From the NCBI GenBank assembly GCA_008369845.1, contig MRSU01010298.1, positions 1 to 35,858 on the forward strand: a DNA stretch of 35,858 bases, read 5' to 3'. Made by a program: the position numbers and the translations under genes. Positions 1 to 9,995 of this stretch are shown piece by piece (positions within the stretch are counted from its first letter, which is position 1; every line of letters starts with the position of its first letter). The notes beneath the pieces were generated by a model, which was not told the DNA's origin, searched no databases, and saw only the letters and a program-made list of their open reading frames with translations. This DNA comes from Trichomonas gallinae (Eukaryota).

Positions 1-1
1 A

Positions 2-502
2 TGGTGTGGCTCGCATGACGCTCAGTACGTCATGAGGATGCTCAACATTATGTTCAAGGAGTTCGACGCGATAACAAACGCTCATAAAACAATGACGAAG
101 ATCAAATGCATCGGTGACTGCTACATGGCAGCAGGTGGCATCTTCGATGAAGTCAATCAACCAGCAGTTCACGCCAAAGAAGTTGTCGACTTCGGCTGCT
201 TGGTCATCAAGAAACTTTTAGAAATTGACGAAAACGAGAATGAAAACTTGAGGATCAGAGTAGGCATCAACACAGGCGGACCAATTGTCGCTGGTGTCAT
301 CGGAACAGAGAAGCCAACATTCGAAATCCTTGGTCCAGCCATCAACATTGCTCACGAGATGGAGCACCACGGTGTTCCAATGAAGGTCCACATCTCAAGG
401 CCAGTCTACGAGTTGATATACGGCCAACAGTTCGACATCAAAGAACGCGGTGAGATCGATGTCAAAGGTGGTAAGATGTTCACATATCTTGTAGAACCAT
501 AA
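2..502 (+). CDS. Class III adenylyl/guanylyl cyclase catalytic domain, 3' part of a gene that starts before the window (probably a transmembrane adenylyl cyclase)
   Basis: The frame is open from base 2 (WCGSHDAQYVMRML...). Motifs KIKCIGDCYMA, RIRVGINTGGPIVAGVIG and FEILGPAINIAHEME, with C-terminal RGEIDVKG...TY. Stop TAA at 500-502. Confidence 0.95.
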   Translation, partial: WCGSHDAQYVMRMLNIMFKEFDAITNAHKTMTKIKCIGDCYMAAGGIFDEVNQPAVHAKEVVDFGCLVIKKLLEIDENENENLRIRVGINTGGPIVAGVIGTEKPTFEILGPAINIAHEMEHHGVPMKVHISRPVYELIYGQQFDIKERGEIDVKGGKMFTYLVEP

Positions 503-739
503 TTTTGTTTATATTTTTTTGTTTGTTTTATTAAAAATTGTTTTTATATTAACTTATTCAGAATGGAGTTAACATAACTGATTTTGAGAAATTTATTTGT
601 TAATTTGCTGCTTTTAGAGATAAGATCTGCGGTTTCAAAACTCGAATGTGCATATGTGCATACGTTATGTAATAATTCTAAATATATTTTCGCAAGAATT
701 ATCATTCTTGCAAAATTCAGCTTAAAGATAATAAACGTG

Positions 740-1102
740 ATGCTTATCATCTTCTTCTACAAGAATCTCGCACAGGGATTCGATAATCTCCACAAACGAG
801 CAGGTCATCTCATGTCTATGACAAGGTTCTTCGCCATCCAGATGCTCGCTTTCCTTAAGGACGACTTCTGGCTCAAACTCGAAAAGAACTTTAATGATAT
901 GATACAGAAACTCTAACAAGACCTCAAGAACTGCGAGAAGAGCAAACCATACTACGTACCAGCTGCAGACATACTTTTTGTCGTCATATCGAAGGAAAGC
1001 GTTGAAAAACTCTTTGCTCAAGGTGCCGAATTCTACGACTGGGACCTCAACATCTCTCTCTACCACTTTGTCACTTCATGGCAGACAAAACTAGAAAACA
1101 TA
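740..1102 (+). pseudogene. Fragment of a bacterial-type low-specificity threonine aldolase (beta-eliminating lyase family), C-terminal part only
   Basis: Reading through the in-frame TAA at 914-916 gives IIFFYKNLAQGFDNLHKRAGHLMSMTRFFAIQMLAFLKDDFWLKLEKNFNDMIQKL*QDL...ADILFV...LFAQGAEFYDW...HFVTSWQT. This matches the recalled pattern RKxxGxLxSKxRF..Q....L.DD.W.....N.MA..L...FY.W...R.VTSW.T. No N-terminal half is present upstream. Confidence 0.7.
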
Positions 1103-1759
1103 AGGCGCAAAATGAATTACTTTATTCTGACATTTTTACATTTTTTCATCGCATGTTATTTTTCGGTTTTTATGATGAAAAAAAAAAAAACTTTAGTAAT
1201 TTATTTTAATTGTGTTTTTTGAAATTACAACAAATTAATGGATTTTGACATTTTCGAAAATATTCCGACATTCTGACATTTTACAAAGTCAAAACTAAAG
1301 AAATTTTGATATGCTGATAATATTAATATAAACAAAAAAAAAAAAAGAATAATATTTGTGCGAGTGGCATTCAATTTTGATTTTATTCAAAGTGAAAAAA
1401 ATATATAGCAGATAATTATATATTTTGTTATCTAAATTAGCAAAATCTTTCAATTCAAAATTCAATATCCATTCATTTTAAAAGTAGCTTAAATTTGTTT
1501 AATGAATATTATTGTAACACTATCATTCAAAAAATTTCATAAGTTTATGACTATTCAAATCGATTTCAGATATTTATGACTATTGAAATATTTTTCTGAA
1601 GTTTATTCTAAATTTTCTGAATTTTATTATTAGTTTCAGAACCTCTTTGAGCATTTTCCCACTCAATGGACCGCGATCGATATTTCTACATATGTTATAT
1701 ATTCAGTGATATTTTCATGTTTTTTTCATCTCACTGTAATACTGAAAAGTGTCAAAACA

Positions 1760-3771
1760 ATGATTAATGTTAGTATTATTGCAGACAAGAATACAGCCAA
1801 TCCCCCAGCGCAAAAAGAGAAGAACATTAGGATTGCTGTCATTGTATGCACCATATTAGTCATAATTTTATGCTTTATTGGCTTAGTTTTTTCAATTGTC
1901 AGAGGATATAAAAACAAACAAGTCATTATAACGAAGGATAATGGCGAAAAGAAGGATGGTGGTGAAGACGATGGTAAAGATAAAGATAAAAACAAAGTGG
2001 ACGATAAAGATAAAGACAATGATGGAGATAAAGACGATCCTAATGTAAGACCATTCTTATTATTAAAGAAAGGAGATATCGAAAGAATCAATAGGTCGAT
2101 TTCGGAAGATCCGGCAATGAAATACGCATTTGGACAATTTTTAAAGGATACTGACAGCATTGTTAAGAGCAACAAAACTCTTCAATACGTCAAAAAAGAT
2201 TGTTAGATGTTTCAAGGGCAGCACTTCAAAACATTTTCGCTTTATATTCTATGTACCAACTCACTAAGAACGAAGCATACCTAAAACGAGCAGAGCACGA
2301 TCTGAACACTGTGTGTGCATTCCCAGACTGGAGTCCTGTTCACTTCCTCGACACAGCTGAGATGTCTTTTGCTGTCGCAATCGGCTATGATTGGCTCCAC
2401 GACAAATTGAGCGACAAAACTAAAGAAATGTGCAAGGAAGCTTTATTAGAGAAAGGCCTGAAGCCGTCAATGAACAAGACCTATAATAACTTCTTGAAGA
2501 AGACGACAAACTGGAATCCAGTCTGCAATGGTGGTTTATTATTTGCTGCTATTGCTGTCAAAGATTCATATCCAGAGATCTCGCAGTTTATCGTCAACAG
2601 GTCAATCGAAAACGTGCCAAATGGACTGGGAGAGAACTATCCAGATGGAAACTACCCAGATGGTTACGGTTATTGGGCCTACGGAACTAATTACGCAGGA
2701 ATGATGATGGCGCAGCTTGACAAAACATATGGACATGATTTCAATTTGTCCAAGTATCCAGGCTTCGCTGAATCTGCACAGTACATCAACTTCATGGTTG
2801 GCACATCCAACAAAGTGTTCAACTACTACGATTCAGGAGCTGGAGCAAGAAGCAACTCGCAGCCAATTCTTTATTGGTTCGCTGACAAGTTTAAGGATCA
2901 AACAATTCTTTATCACAACAACAATTATTTGGCGAAACTCAACCAGTATCATGGCAACAGATTCCAGCCGATATTGTTCATTTATGGATCCAAAGTTAAT
3001 TCCTCAAAGATCCCTACACCAAAGGATAAAATTTGGGTAGGTCAGGGAAGAACACCTGTCGCTTTGATTAGAACAGCATGGGATGGAAACAAAGGCGCGT
3101 ATGTTGGCATGAAAGGTAGACTTGCTGCAAGCTCGCACGCGCACATGGATGCTGGAACATTCGTTTATGACTATAATGGAATCAGGTGGGCATCTGACTT
3201 GGGAATGGTTGAATATAACGCTCTCGAATCGATAGGAGTTGACTTGTGGAATTTCAATCAAAACGGCCAGCGTTGGGATGTTTTTAGACTCTCCAATATA
3301 GCTCACAATACGATTATGGTTGATGGAGAGAGATTTGATGTAACTGGCTGGTGTCCAATTACTAAGGTTTACAATGAGAAAAACAAGCTTGGAGCGCGAA
3401 TCGAAATGATTGATTTGTTCTTCAAGAAACTTACAAGAGCAGATCGTGATATTATACTGATAAACGAGAAGAAATTACAAGTCACAGACTATATTACGTG
3501 CAATAAGACGAATGGTGTTACTGTGAATTGGACAATGAGCACTGAAGCTGCGGCAACAAAAATTGATGATAAAACTGTGAAATTAGTTCTATCGAACAAG
3601 GAATTGCTGCTCACTGTTTCTGGCCCATCTGACATTGAAATATTCATTGTTGAGAATGTTTCTCCTAATGAATGGGATCCTAAAGAAAACACCAGGAGAG
3701 TTGTTATTCAATCTAAGTATTCGGCCGGAGAAAGCAAGAATTTTGTTGTAACTCTTGATCCTCAGTATTAG
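1760..3771 (+). pseudogene. Heparinase II/III-like polysaccharide lyase with an N-terminal transmembrane anchor, split by one frameshift at about 2192-2197 (pseudogene or sequence error)
   Basis: ATG at 1760, TM segment IAVIVCTILVIILCFIGLVFSIV, D/K-rich linker, then RPFLLL. The first frame stops at 2206 and the -1 frame continues KRLLDVSR...DWSPVHFLDTAEM..AIGYDW..NWNPVCNGG..YPDGYGYWAYG..SHAHMDAGTF..AHNTI. One extra A in the A6 run would give a 670-aa ORF. Confidence 0.88.
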
Positions 3772-4582
3772 TAATCTTTTTTCTATCAAAATTAAATAAT
3801 ATTATTGTTTTGTAACAGATTAGTTGACTCATTACTCTGTTACTTTGATGCCAATGTTAAGACAGTGCTGCTAGTATTTATCTTGAAATTCATTTATGTC
3901 AATTTCATGTGCTGAGAAATTTGAAAATATTATGCTATTTCATGTTGATATTCAATTGAAGTGCAGAACATTAAGCAAATGGGCGACTATCTTGTATTTT
4001 TACTTTTATAAATTGCATTCAAACTGATTGATAAATCATAAACAAGAAGAATTTTAATGTGTTTTCAATAAGCAGCAATAATTTATTAAGTGAGATTGTT
4101 ATTGTTAAATTCATTCTTTCAATATCTTTTTCATTGATATTAGATGCATTTCCTGGTTTTGAGTGGGTAACTTTTAACTATTTGCAATATAATCGATTGA
4201 AAATATGAATGTTCAGTCAAAACTCATGAATCATTAAATATCAGATATCGCATCACTAGCTTAACTTTTTCTAATAATCAGAGTGAATAGAATGTAAGAA
4301 AAATAAAGATTATTTCAATTATTTTTGAATTTGGCAGTTTAATCCCAAAATCACAGCATAACAATTAAATTCGTGTATGAAATGTAATCCTCATGAAATC
4401 TAAGCTAATTCTGAGTTATGATGATGTAAAAACAATAAAATAAGGTATATGAAGCTTTAATTAACAAACAAATGTTAAAGCAATGTAATATATGTATATA
4501 TATCAGCTAACATCCAGCAAAGGATGAAACTTTTAGAAGATAAATAATAAAATTATGTTTCAGATGAATAGTATCATTGATA

Positions 4583-4990
4583 TTATAATACATTCAAAGC
4601 TCGTATAATTGGCGGCCTTCTAACGTTTCTACTAACAAATCGATATTTTTCAAGTCTAGAATTCCGTTGTCTTGGCACATAATTGTATGCTTTTGGTAAT
4701 TTAGATGCTACTTCTTCAATAGGAAGCCTATTTAATGGATCCTTTGCTGATAAATTGACTGAGTAATATAAATTTAGTTTCAAAAACTTGTTGTTATTCG
4801 CTTTATTTTGAAATATTTTGAAATTCTGAAACTTCTTCTTCCAAATGGCTTCGAGTTCTTTCTTTTCATTCTTTCTTAATGGAGGATATTCAAAAACTCT
4901 GTTTGAGGACAAGCACTGCGTGTTTCTAGTATCAACTGGACGCCTAAGAAATTCTTTGATATCATCATTTTTAAATTCTTTATCTATCAT
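4583..4990 (-). CDS. Hypothetical basic protein (135 aa)
   Basis: First ATG at 4990; the track start at 4999 is TTG. Protein-like composition but no recognised domain. Confidence 0.6.
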   Translation of the reverse strand: MIDKEFKNDDIKEFLRRPVDTRNTQCLSSNRVFEYPPLRKNEKKELEAIWKKKFQNFKIFQNKANNNKFLKLNLYYSVNLSAKDPLNRLPIEEVASKLPKAYNYVPRQRNSRLEKYRFVSRNVRRPPIIRALNVL

Positions 4991-5129
4991 TGTAATCAAG
5001 AAAAACTCAAAAATAAAAATGTAATAAATCCGTTTAAATATATAATCTTGTTAACAAGCACTATGCAAATAAACCGTTTATATGTTAAATGACTGAATAT
5101 TTAAAAAAATAAAATTAATATATGTTTTA

Positions 5130-5461
5130 TTTGCTAGCAATATTTCCGTACGCATTCACTGATTGGTTATTTAAACGATTTAGATATAAAAATAGATTTT
5201 TTGTTTTTGTTAAATTCATCAATAGAAGTTGCAAACAATGCCTCCGTACACACATATCATTTAATATTTTAAACTATTTATAGCAAAACGTTAATTAATG
5301 TTCTTAAATTTGAAAAAAAAATGAAATTTGCAAGCAACGCTTCCGTGTGTATACACCTATTGGTTATTTAAACGATTTAAATCAAAATGTTGTATTTTTG
5401 TTATTTTATAAATCCAATGACTAAAAGTTGCTTGCAATGCTTCCGTATGCATATACTTATT
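5130..5461. repeat. Degenerate tandem repeat, about 99-bp period, 4 copies, with about 197-bp higher-order pairing
   Basis: A TTGC...CAA...TCCGT block recurs with TCCGT at 5145, 5243, 5342 and 5442. Copies 1 and 3 share ATTGGTTATTTAAACGATTTA; copies 2 and 4 share AAGTTGC...CAATGC.TCCGTA. Confidence 0.8.
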
Positions 5462-5962
5462 CATTCCTTATGGATAATTGTCACAATTTTGATTGTTTGA
5501 AATTTGAAAAAATCAATAATTAAAATTTGGCATTAATATCTTTTTAGGCGTACTCGCTAAATCCATGTATATCGTCTCATTGACTGAGCAATTACAATAA
5601 ACAATGTTTAAACCATAGCCGCTTTGAAAAATTGTAAATTCAATAAATCGTTTGAAAAAATAAAATAAATTGAATGATTTTGAATTATCTATCTTTTTAA
5701 ATATCATCAAAATACATCATATATCACGAAATGAAATATTTTCTTTATTCTTTTCAAATCTCTGCCATGAATTTATAGTAATAATAGTTAAATATAGAAC
5801 GCGTTGGTCAAAATGTAAATGAGTTATATTTTTAAGCGGGAAATTTGCTTTTTAATATTTTCGATTGATAAAAATGGAGCAATTTGGTATATTCATATTA
5901 TATCGATTTTTTAATTATTTGTTTAGTATTCAAATTTTCAGAATCATTTTTCATATTTGTTA

Positions 5963-6448
5963 ATGGCCATCCCTCGCCAGATAAATCGCTCAGCGAAGGT
6001 TAAATTCTCGCCTGAAGAGGACAGCAAACTGATTAAGCTTGTCGATTTGTTGGGAACAAGAGATTGGGAAGCAATTGCAATGGAGATGGGCTACAGATCC
6101 CCAAGACAGTGCCGTGATCGTTGGAATAATTATTTATCACCATCATTGACGTCTTTGCCATGGAACGAAGAAGAAGACAAACAATTGCTCAATTTGTATG
6201 AACAATTTGGTCCAAGATGGAAGAAGATAGCGTCATACTTTAGAAATCGCTCTGCTAATGGTGTACGAAATAGATTTCGCCTTCGATTGAAAAAGCAGAT
6301 CAAGCCAGAGCAAGCAGTAATAATACGCCAGTCATCTGATCCTCGCCAGCAGATTGTAGTAGATAGTGAAAAAGAGTTCTTTGATTTGTTTGATTCGGCG
6401 AGTTTTGATCACGATTTTTTTTCGGGGTCAGATGAAAATCTATTTTAG
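5963..6448 (+). CDS. R2R3 Myb-like DNA-binding protein
   Basis: FSPEEDSKL..W..IA....RSPRQCRDRWNNYLSP and WNEEED....GPRWKKIA..F.NRS...VRNR. ATG at 5963 follows Inr-like TCATTT/TCATAT at 5944-5956. Confidence 0.95.
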   Translation: MAIPRQINRSAKVKFSPEEDSKLIKLVDLLGTRDWEAIAMEMGYRSPRQCRDRWNNYLSPSLTSLPWNEEEDKQLLNLYEQFGPRWKKIASYFRNRSANGVRNRFRLRLKKQIKPEQAVIIRQSSDPRQQIVVDSEKEFFDLFDSASFDHDFFSGSDENLF

Positions 6449-7944
6449 CTATAGATGTGAAGAAATGTCAGAACTGTTATGTCAAATAAAGACATCATTG
6501 ATTGATCTGTTAATCATGAAGATAATTTCTTCAATAATTTAACTATTGATGTCTTACGGACCATTTCAGGCTATCACAATCATAATATTAGATTAAAATG
6601 TTGTATATAATCAATGACATAATCGTAACTAAAAAAAATAAAAAAAACATTTCTCCAATCGGGAAAAGAACATCAAATATTCAATGTTTCGATGTAATTG
6701 TAATGATTAATGAATGATATGCTTAAAATGCTAAGTCTATAAACAAAAATATTTTGATATTTTTCCAAATTAATGGTAAATCTATCCATTGGAAGGTATA
6801 TACTATAAGTAATTCTAATGTAGTTAATAAAACCATATGTCATATGGGCGCAAAATAGACAAATTGAACAAAAAATAATATTTTTAAAAGAATGTATTAT
6901 TTTTTGGTGGTATCATGTGTACAGTGTATATCGATGATTGGTTAATCAATTGCGTTTTTATCTTGAAATAATATTAAAAGATTTAAAAATTGATGGATTT
7001 ATCTTGAATATCTGTAATAATACGATGCAACTCAGCATGAAATTCATATTTCAGAACTCATTTTGTGTCGATGCTCTCATAACTTGAAAAACTTAGACGA
7101 GTAAAATTACTTTTGAGTAAGCCTCACAAAAATTTGATTCTAGTTATTATTATCAACTGTATTAAGACGTCCCAGAGAGTCAAATTACAAAAAAATCCTC
7201 AAATTTCAATGCTGAAGTGCTATCAATTCAAAAATAGTTGGCCAAGAAACTTCCTGTTAATGGGACTTAATGGAGCAATTTTTCTAGATAACAGGATTTG
7301 ATTACTTTTTTCAATCACCACACAATTCACATCTAACAGAATTCCACTACTTTCATGATAAAAAGATCCCATTACTTGTCCTGAACAAATACAATCAAAT
7401 GGGTATCCGAAATCCGCACTATGCGTTTCAATTATGTAAATTTTTTTCAATGGTGAAAAAAAAAACGTTATTTCCTTTCAAACTCATAACAAAAATGCTG
7501 AGCAACAAATAAACGCTATTTGACGGTTTTCGAATTTGGTAATTGAGAGTTATACTTATATTGGCACCATATTCAAAATTCGATCACATCATTGCAAAAA
7601 AAAAAATTATCATCAAAATATGGATTATGGAAAGCGGGAATGTGCCAATATGATCATTATGTTCTATGCTTTAAAAAAGATTATTCATTATCGGATAAAA
7701 GAAAAATATAAAAAATATAAAATTTAATACAAACAAATGCTTTTCGAAGCAATAAATCTAAAGAAAGTGAAGAAATTATAATTGATGGGTGAGTGAAAAT
7801 TAAGCAAAAAATGAATAATGATGAACTGAAATAATCAAAAATTGAAGGGTTAAGGAAACTTATCAATAGGATTGTCATTATTGGTGATATATAATCAGGA
7901 TAACATGCAATGATAGCTAAGAATTGGTGAATTAAATAAGCCAA

Positions 7945-8430
7945 TCAATTCCAAAACGCTGGGAGAGGGTCTGAGCGAGGTTTTGAGCACTTAATGGCAG
8001 ATAGAGCATCAATCATATCATCATCTTCATCCGATTCCATGTTAGTTTCCTTTGGTGCCAATTTGAGCTTTTGGAATTTTTTGTAGACTGCTGGGTTTCC
8101 ATCGATTCTATTGAACTTCCTATCCAACATCTTAAGTTTCTCTCTTTCCAAATCCTTGATCAATCCATCATTGGGAAATGTGACACGTGACAGAACGGGA
8201 TAATATCTTTCAGGAATCGAACAAATGATATCTCCATCACTCATTGAGTAGAAATTGAATGACATAGACTCAACTAAAAGGATATTTTTGTATATGAACA
8301 AACAATTATTCCCTTCATACTTCCTAAGGCAAGATATGGAGCTTTCTGGATCAACAGATATCTCTCTGACGCCATGCTGCGTGTTGACAGTCTTGAGGTT
8401 GAGTTTGGAGCAGCAGGATCTAGCGTGCAT
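7945..8430 (-). CDS. Ubiquitin-like-domain protein of a family ending PLPxFW (paralogue of 31347-31823)
   Basis: FIYKNILLVESMSFNFYSMSDGDII resembles the ubiquitin LIFxGxxLxDxxTLxDYxIxDGxxI pattern. C-terminus PRSDPLPAFWN. First ATG at 8430; the track start is GTG. Confidence 0.75.
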   Translation of the reverse strand: MHARSCCSKLNLKTVNTQHGVREISVDPESSISCLRKYEGNNCLFIYKNILLVESMSFNFYSMSDGDIICSIPERYYPVLSRVTFPNDGLIKDLEREKLKMLDRKFNRIDGNPAVYKKFQKLKLAPKETNMESDEDDDMIDALSAIKCSKPRSDPLPAFWN

Positions 8431-9539
8431 TTTTGCCGAATTGAATGTGGTTGTCTTCACAATATTGAATAACTAATTCAAAAGTGAAATTTAATGAAAA
8501 ATCATTGTTATCGTGCGCGTGTAATCCTCAAATGACTGTAATAATTATCAACGAATACCAAAATCATGAAAAAATCGGAAAGTTCTGAAAATCTTATAAA
8601 ATTAATCACCAATATAGAACGCGTAAATGGATTTCATTATTTTTTCAGAATGCATTGAATTTATTAAATCTTAAAAAGTAGTACATTTTCATTATTATAT
8701 ATCAGCGTTACGAATTGAGAAAGAAAAAATCTCTCATCTCAAAAAATAATCGAAAATAAATCTTCGAGAAAATAGCTTCCTTTGTTGAATAGATTATACA
8801 TCTATTCCTTTCAAGGATAAAAAATTGAAATTTGGATCAAAAATGTTAATATGACCATATTAATGTTTTTTTATAATATTAGTGCACTAATGATCATTCC
8901 AAAAAAAAATTTGAAGTAAGATTATCGTTAAAATAACCTCACTCATACAATTAAATAGTAGTGCTTTTTATGATTATAACGCATGTATCTTTATTAATTT
9001 TTATAAAAATGGACAAAAAGAAACAATTGTCGAAGTAAAATGTTGATAACTGATCTCAAAAGATGATGGTAGAAAGAGAATCATAATAAAATTAATAATA
9101 TCGTGAAATTAATGATTTACATCAGTAAGAAAAAATTTTGAGATTTTCAAAATAATACAGAGGACATTCTTTTCATGATATTTATATTGCATGTCTGTTG
9201 GTCACCATAAATCAGTTTGTCATTTAGAGAATTGTTGATTTTTTGGAATCAAGGAATCATCGATTTATTGGAAAACCGATTATTAAGCTTCGATCACTTC
9301 ATATTACCACTATAGTCCATCACATTAGGTCAATGCATCAATAAAATAGGCTAATCTTGCTGCAAAAAATAGAAAGGTTTATTTTTTAATCAAGAGTAGT
9401 GTTTTATAACAATTATGTATTAATATGTGATAAGAATAAGAAATATTATTTATTCCACCTCTAATTATTTAATTTAATCTTCAAAACAAGAATCGCAATA
9501 ATTTCTCATCTTAGAATTTGGCAACAAACAAGGTATCTA

Positions 9540-9995
9540 TTAATGATAATTAAGCAGTTGAGCGATATCAGAAGGATCAACAAACTTTTCGTCCTTCAAA
9601 ATCTTCTCTTTATGAAATATCGAAGAACTATTCTGTTTTTTATAGAGATTAAAATCCTCAAGGTAAGGGTAAATGGAATCCCAATTTTCTGCATACCAAC
9701 ACAGCAAAGCGTTGCGATTCCTATATGCTAGTCTATCAATCTTTATTTTTGTTTTTTTAGAAATCTTTCTTGCGAACTTTAATAGGCGTTCAACTGTAAC
9801 TTTCCCTCCATTAAAGTTCTCCAAAACTTCTGTAACTAGATCGATTTTAACACCTATGGTACGCATTCTTGAAGAAATCTCTTCATGATCTCTGTAATTC
9901 TGGACAGACACATATGTGATCTTGCGTATCTTCCTGGTCGATATAAGGTAGCACGCAAGCTCTTTCTCATTCATTTTTAAAAGAACATTTTTCAT
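9540..9995 (-). CDS. Uncharacterised protein, 'IDRLA..CW..ENW / LLNYH' family (paralogue of 26052-26477)
   Basis: Shares KIDRLAYRNRNALLCWYAENWDSIYPYL and terminal FVDPSDIAQLLNYH with the second copy. Start is the ATG at 9995 or at 9974. Confidence 0.85.
   Translation of the reverse strand: MKNVLLKMNEKELACYLISTRKIRKITYVSVQNYRDHEEISSRMRTIGVKIDLVTEVLENFNGGKVTVERLLKFARKISKKTKIKIDRLAYRNRNALLCWYAENWDSIYPYLEDFNLYKKQNSSSIFHKEKILKDEKFVDPSDIAQLLNYH

Noticed and set aside
722..1066. 114-aa minus-strand ORF
   Set aside because: It is the antisense shadow of the threonine aldolase fragment on the plus strand.
1726..2175. 149-aa minus ORF with SL repeats
   Set aside because: It is the antisense of the D/K-rich linker. 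The other nested or antisense ORFs (e.g. 2717, 3004, 18956, 28461, 33478, 34246) are likewise shadows of real genes.
2189..2206. GT...AG as an intron explaining the lyase frameshift
   Set aside because: The candidates are only 10 or 18 nt and lack a GTAY 5' site and a CTAAC branch motif.
7113..7450. Short ORFs on both strands; SWPRNFLLMGLNG faintly resembles a discoidin-like segment
   Set aside because: No ATG start and the similarity is too weak to support by eye.
7681..7944. Hydrophobic ORF in frame right after the Ubl stop codon (possible readthrough)
   Set aside because: TTG start, the hydrophobicity is explained by T-rich 3' sequence, and the paralogue also ends at LPxFW.
8878..8891. 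Perfect palindrome ATTAGTGCACTAAT, and ATGTAACA-A-TGTTACAT at 11158-11174
   Set aside because: Isolated and AT-rich; a few such palindromes are plausible by chance in 36 kb.
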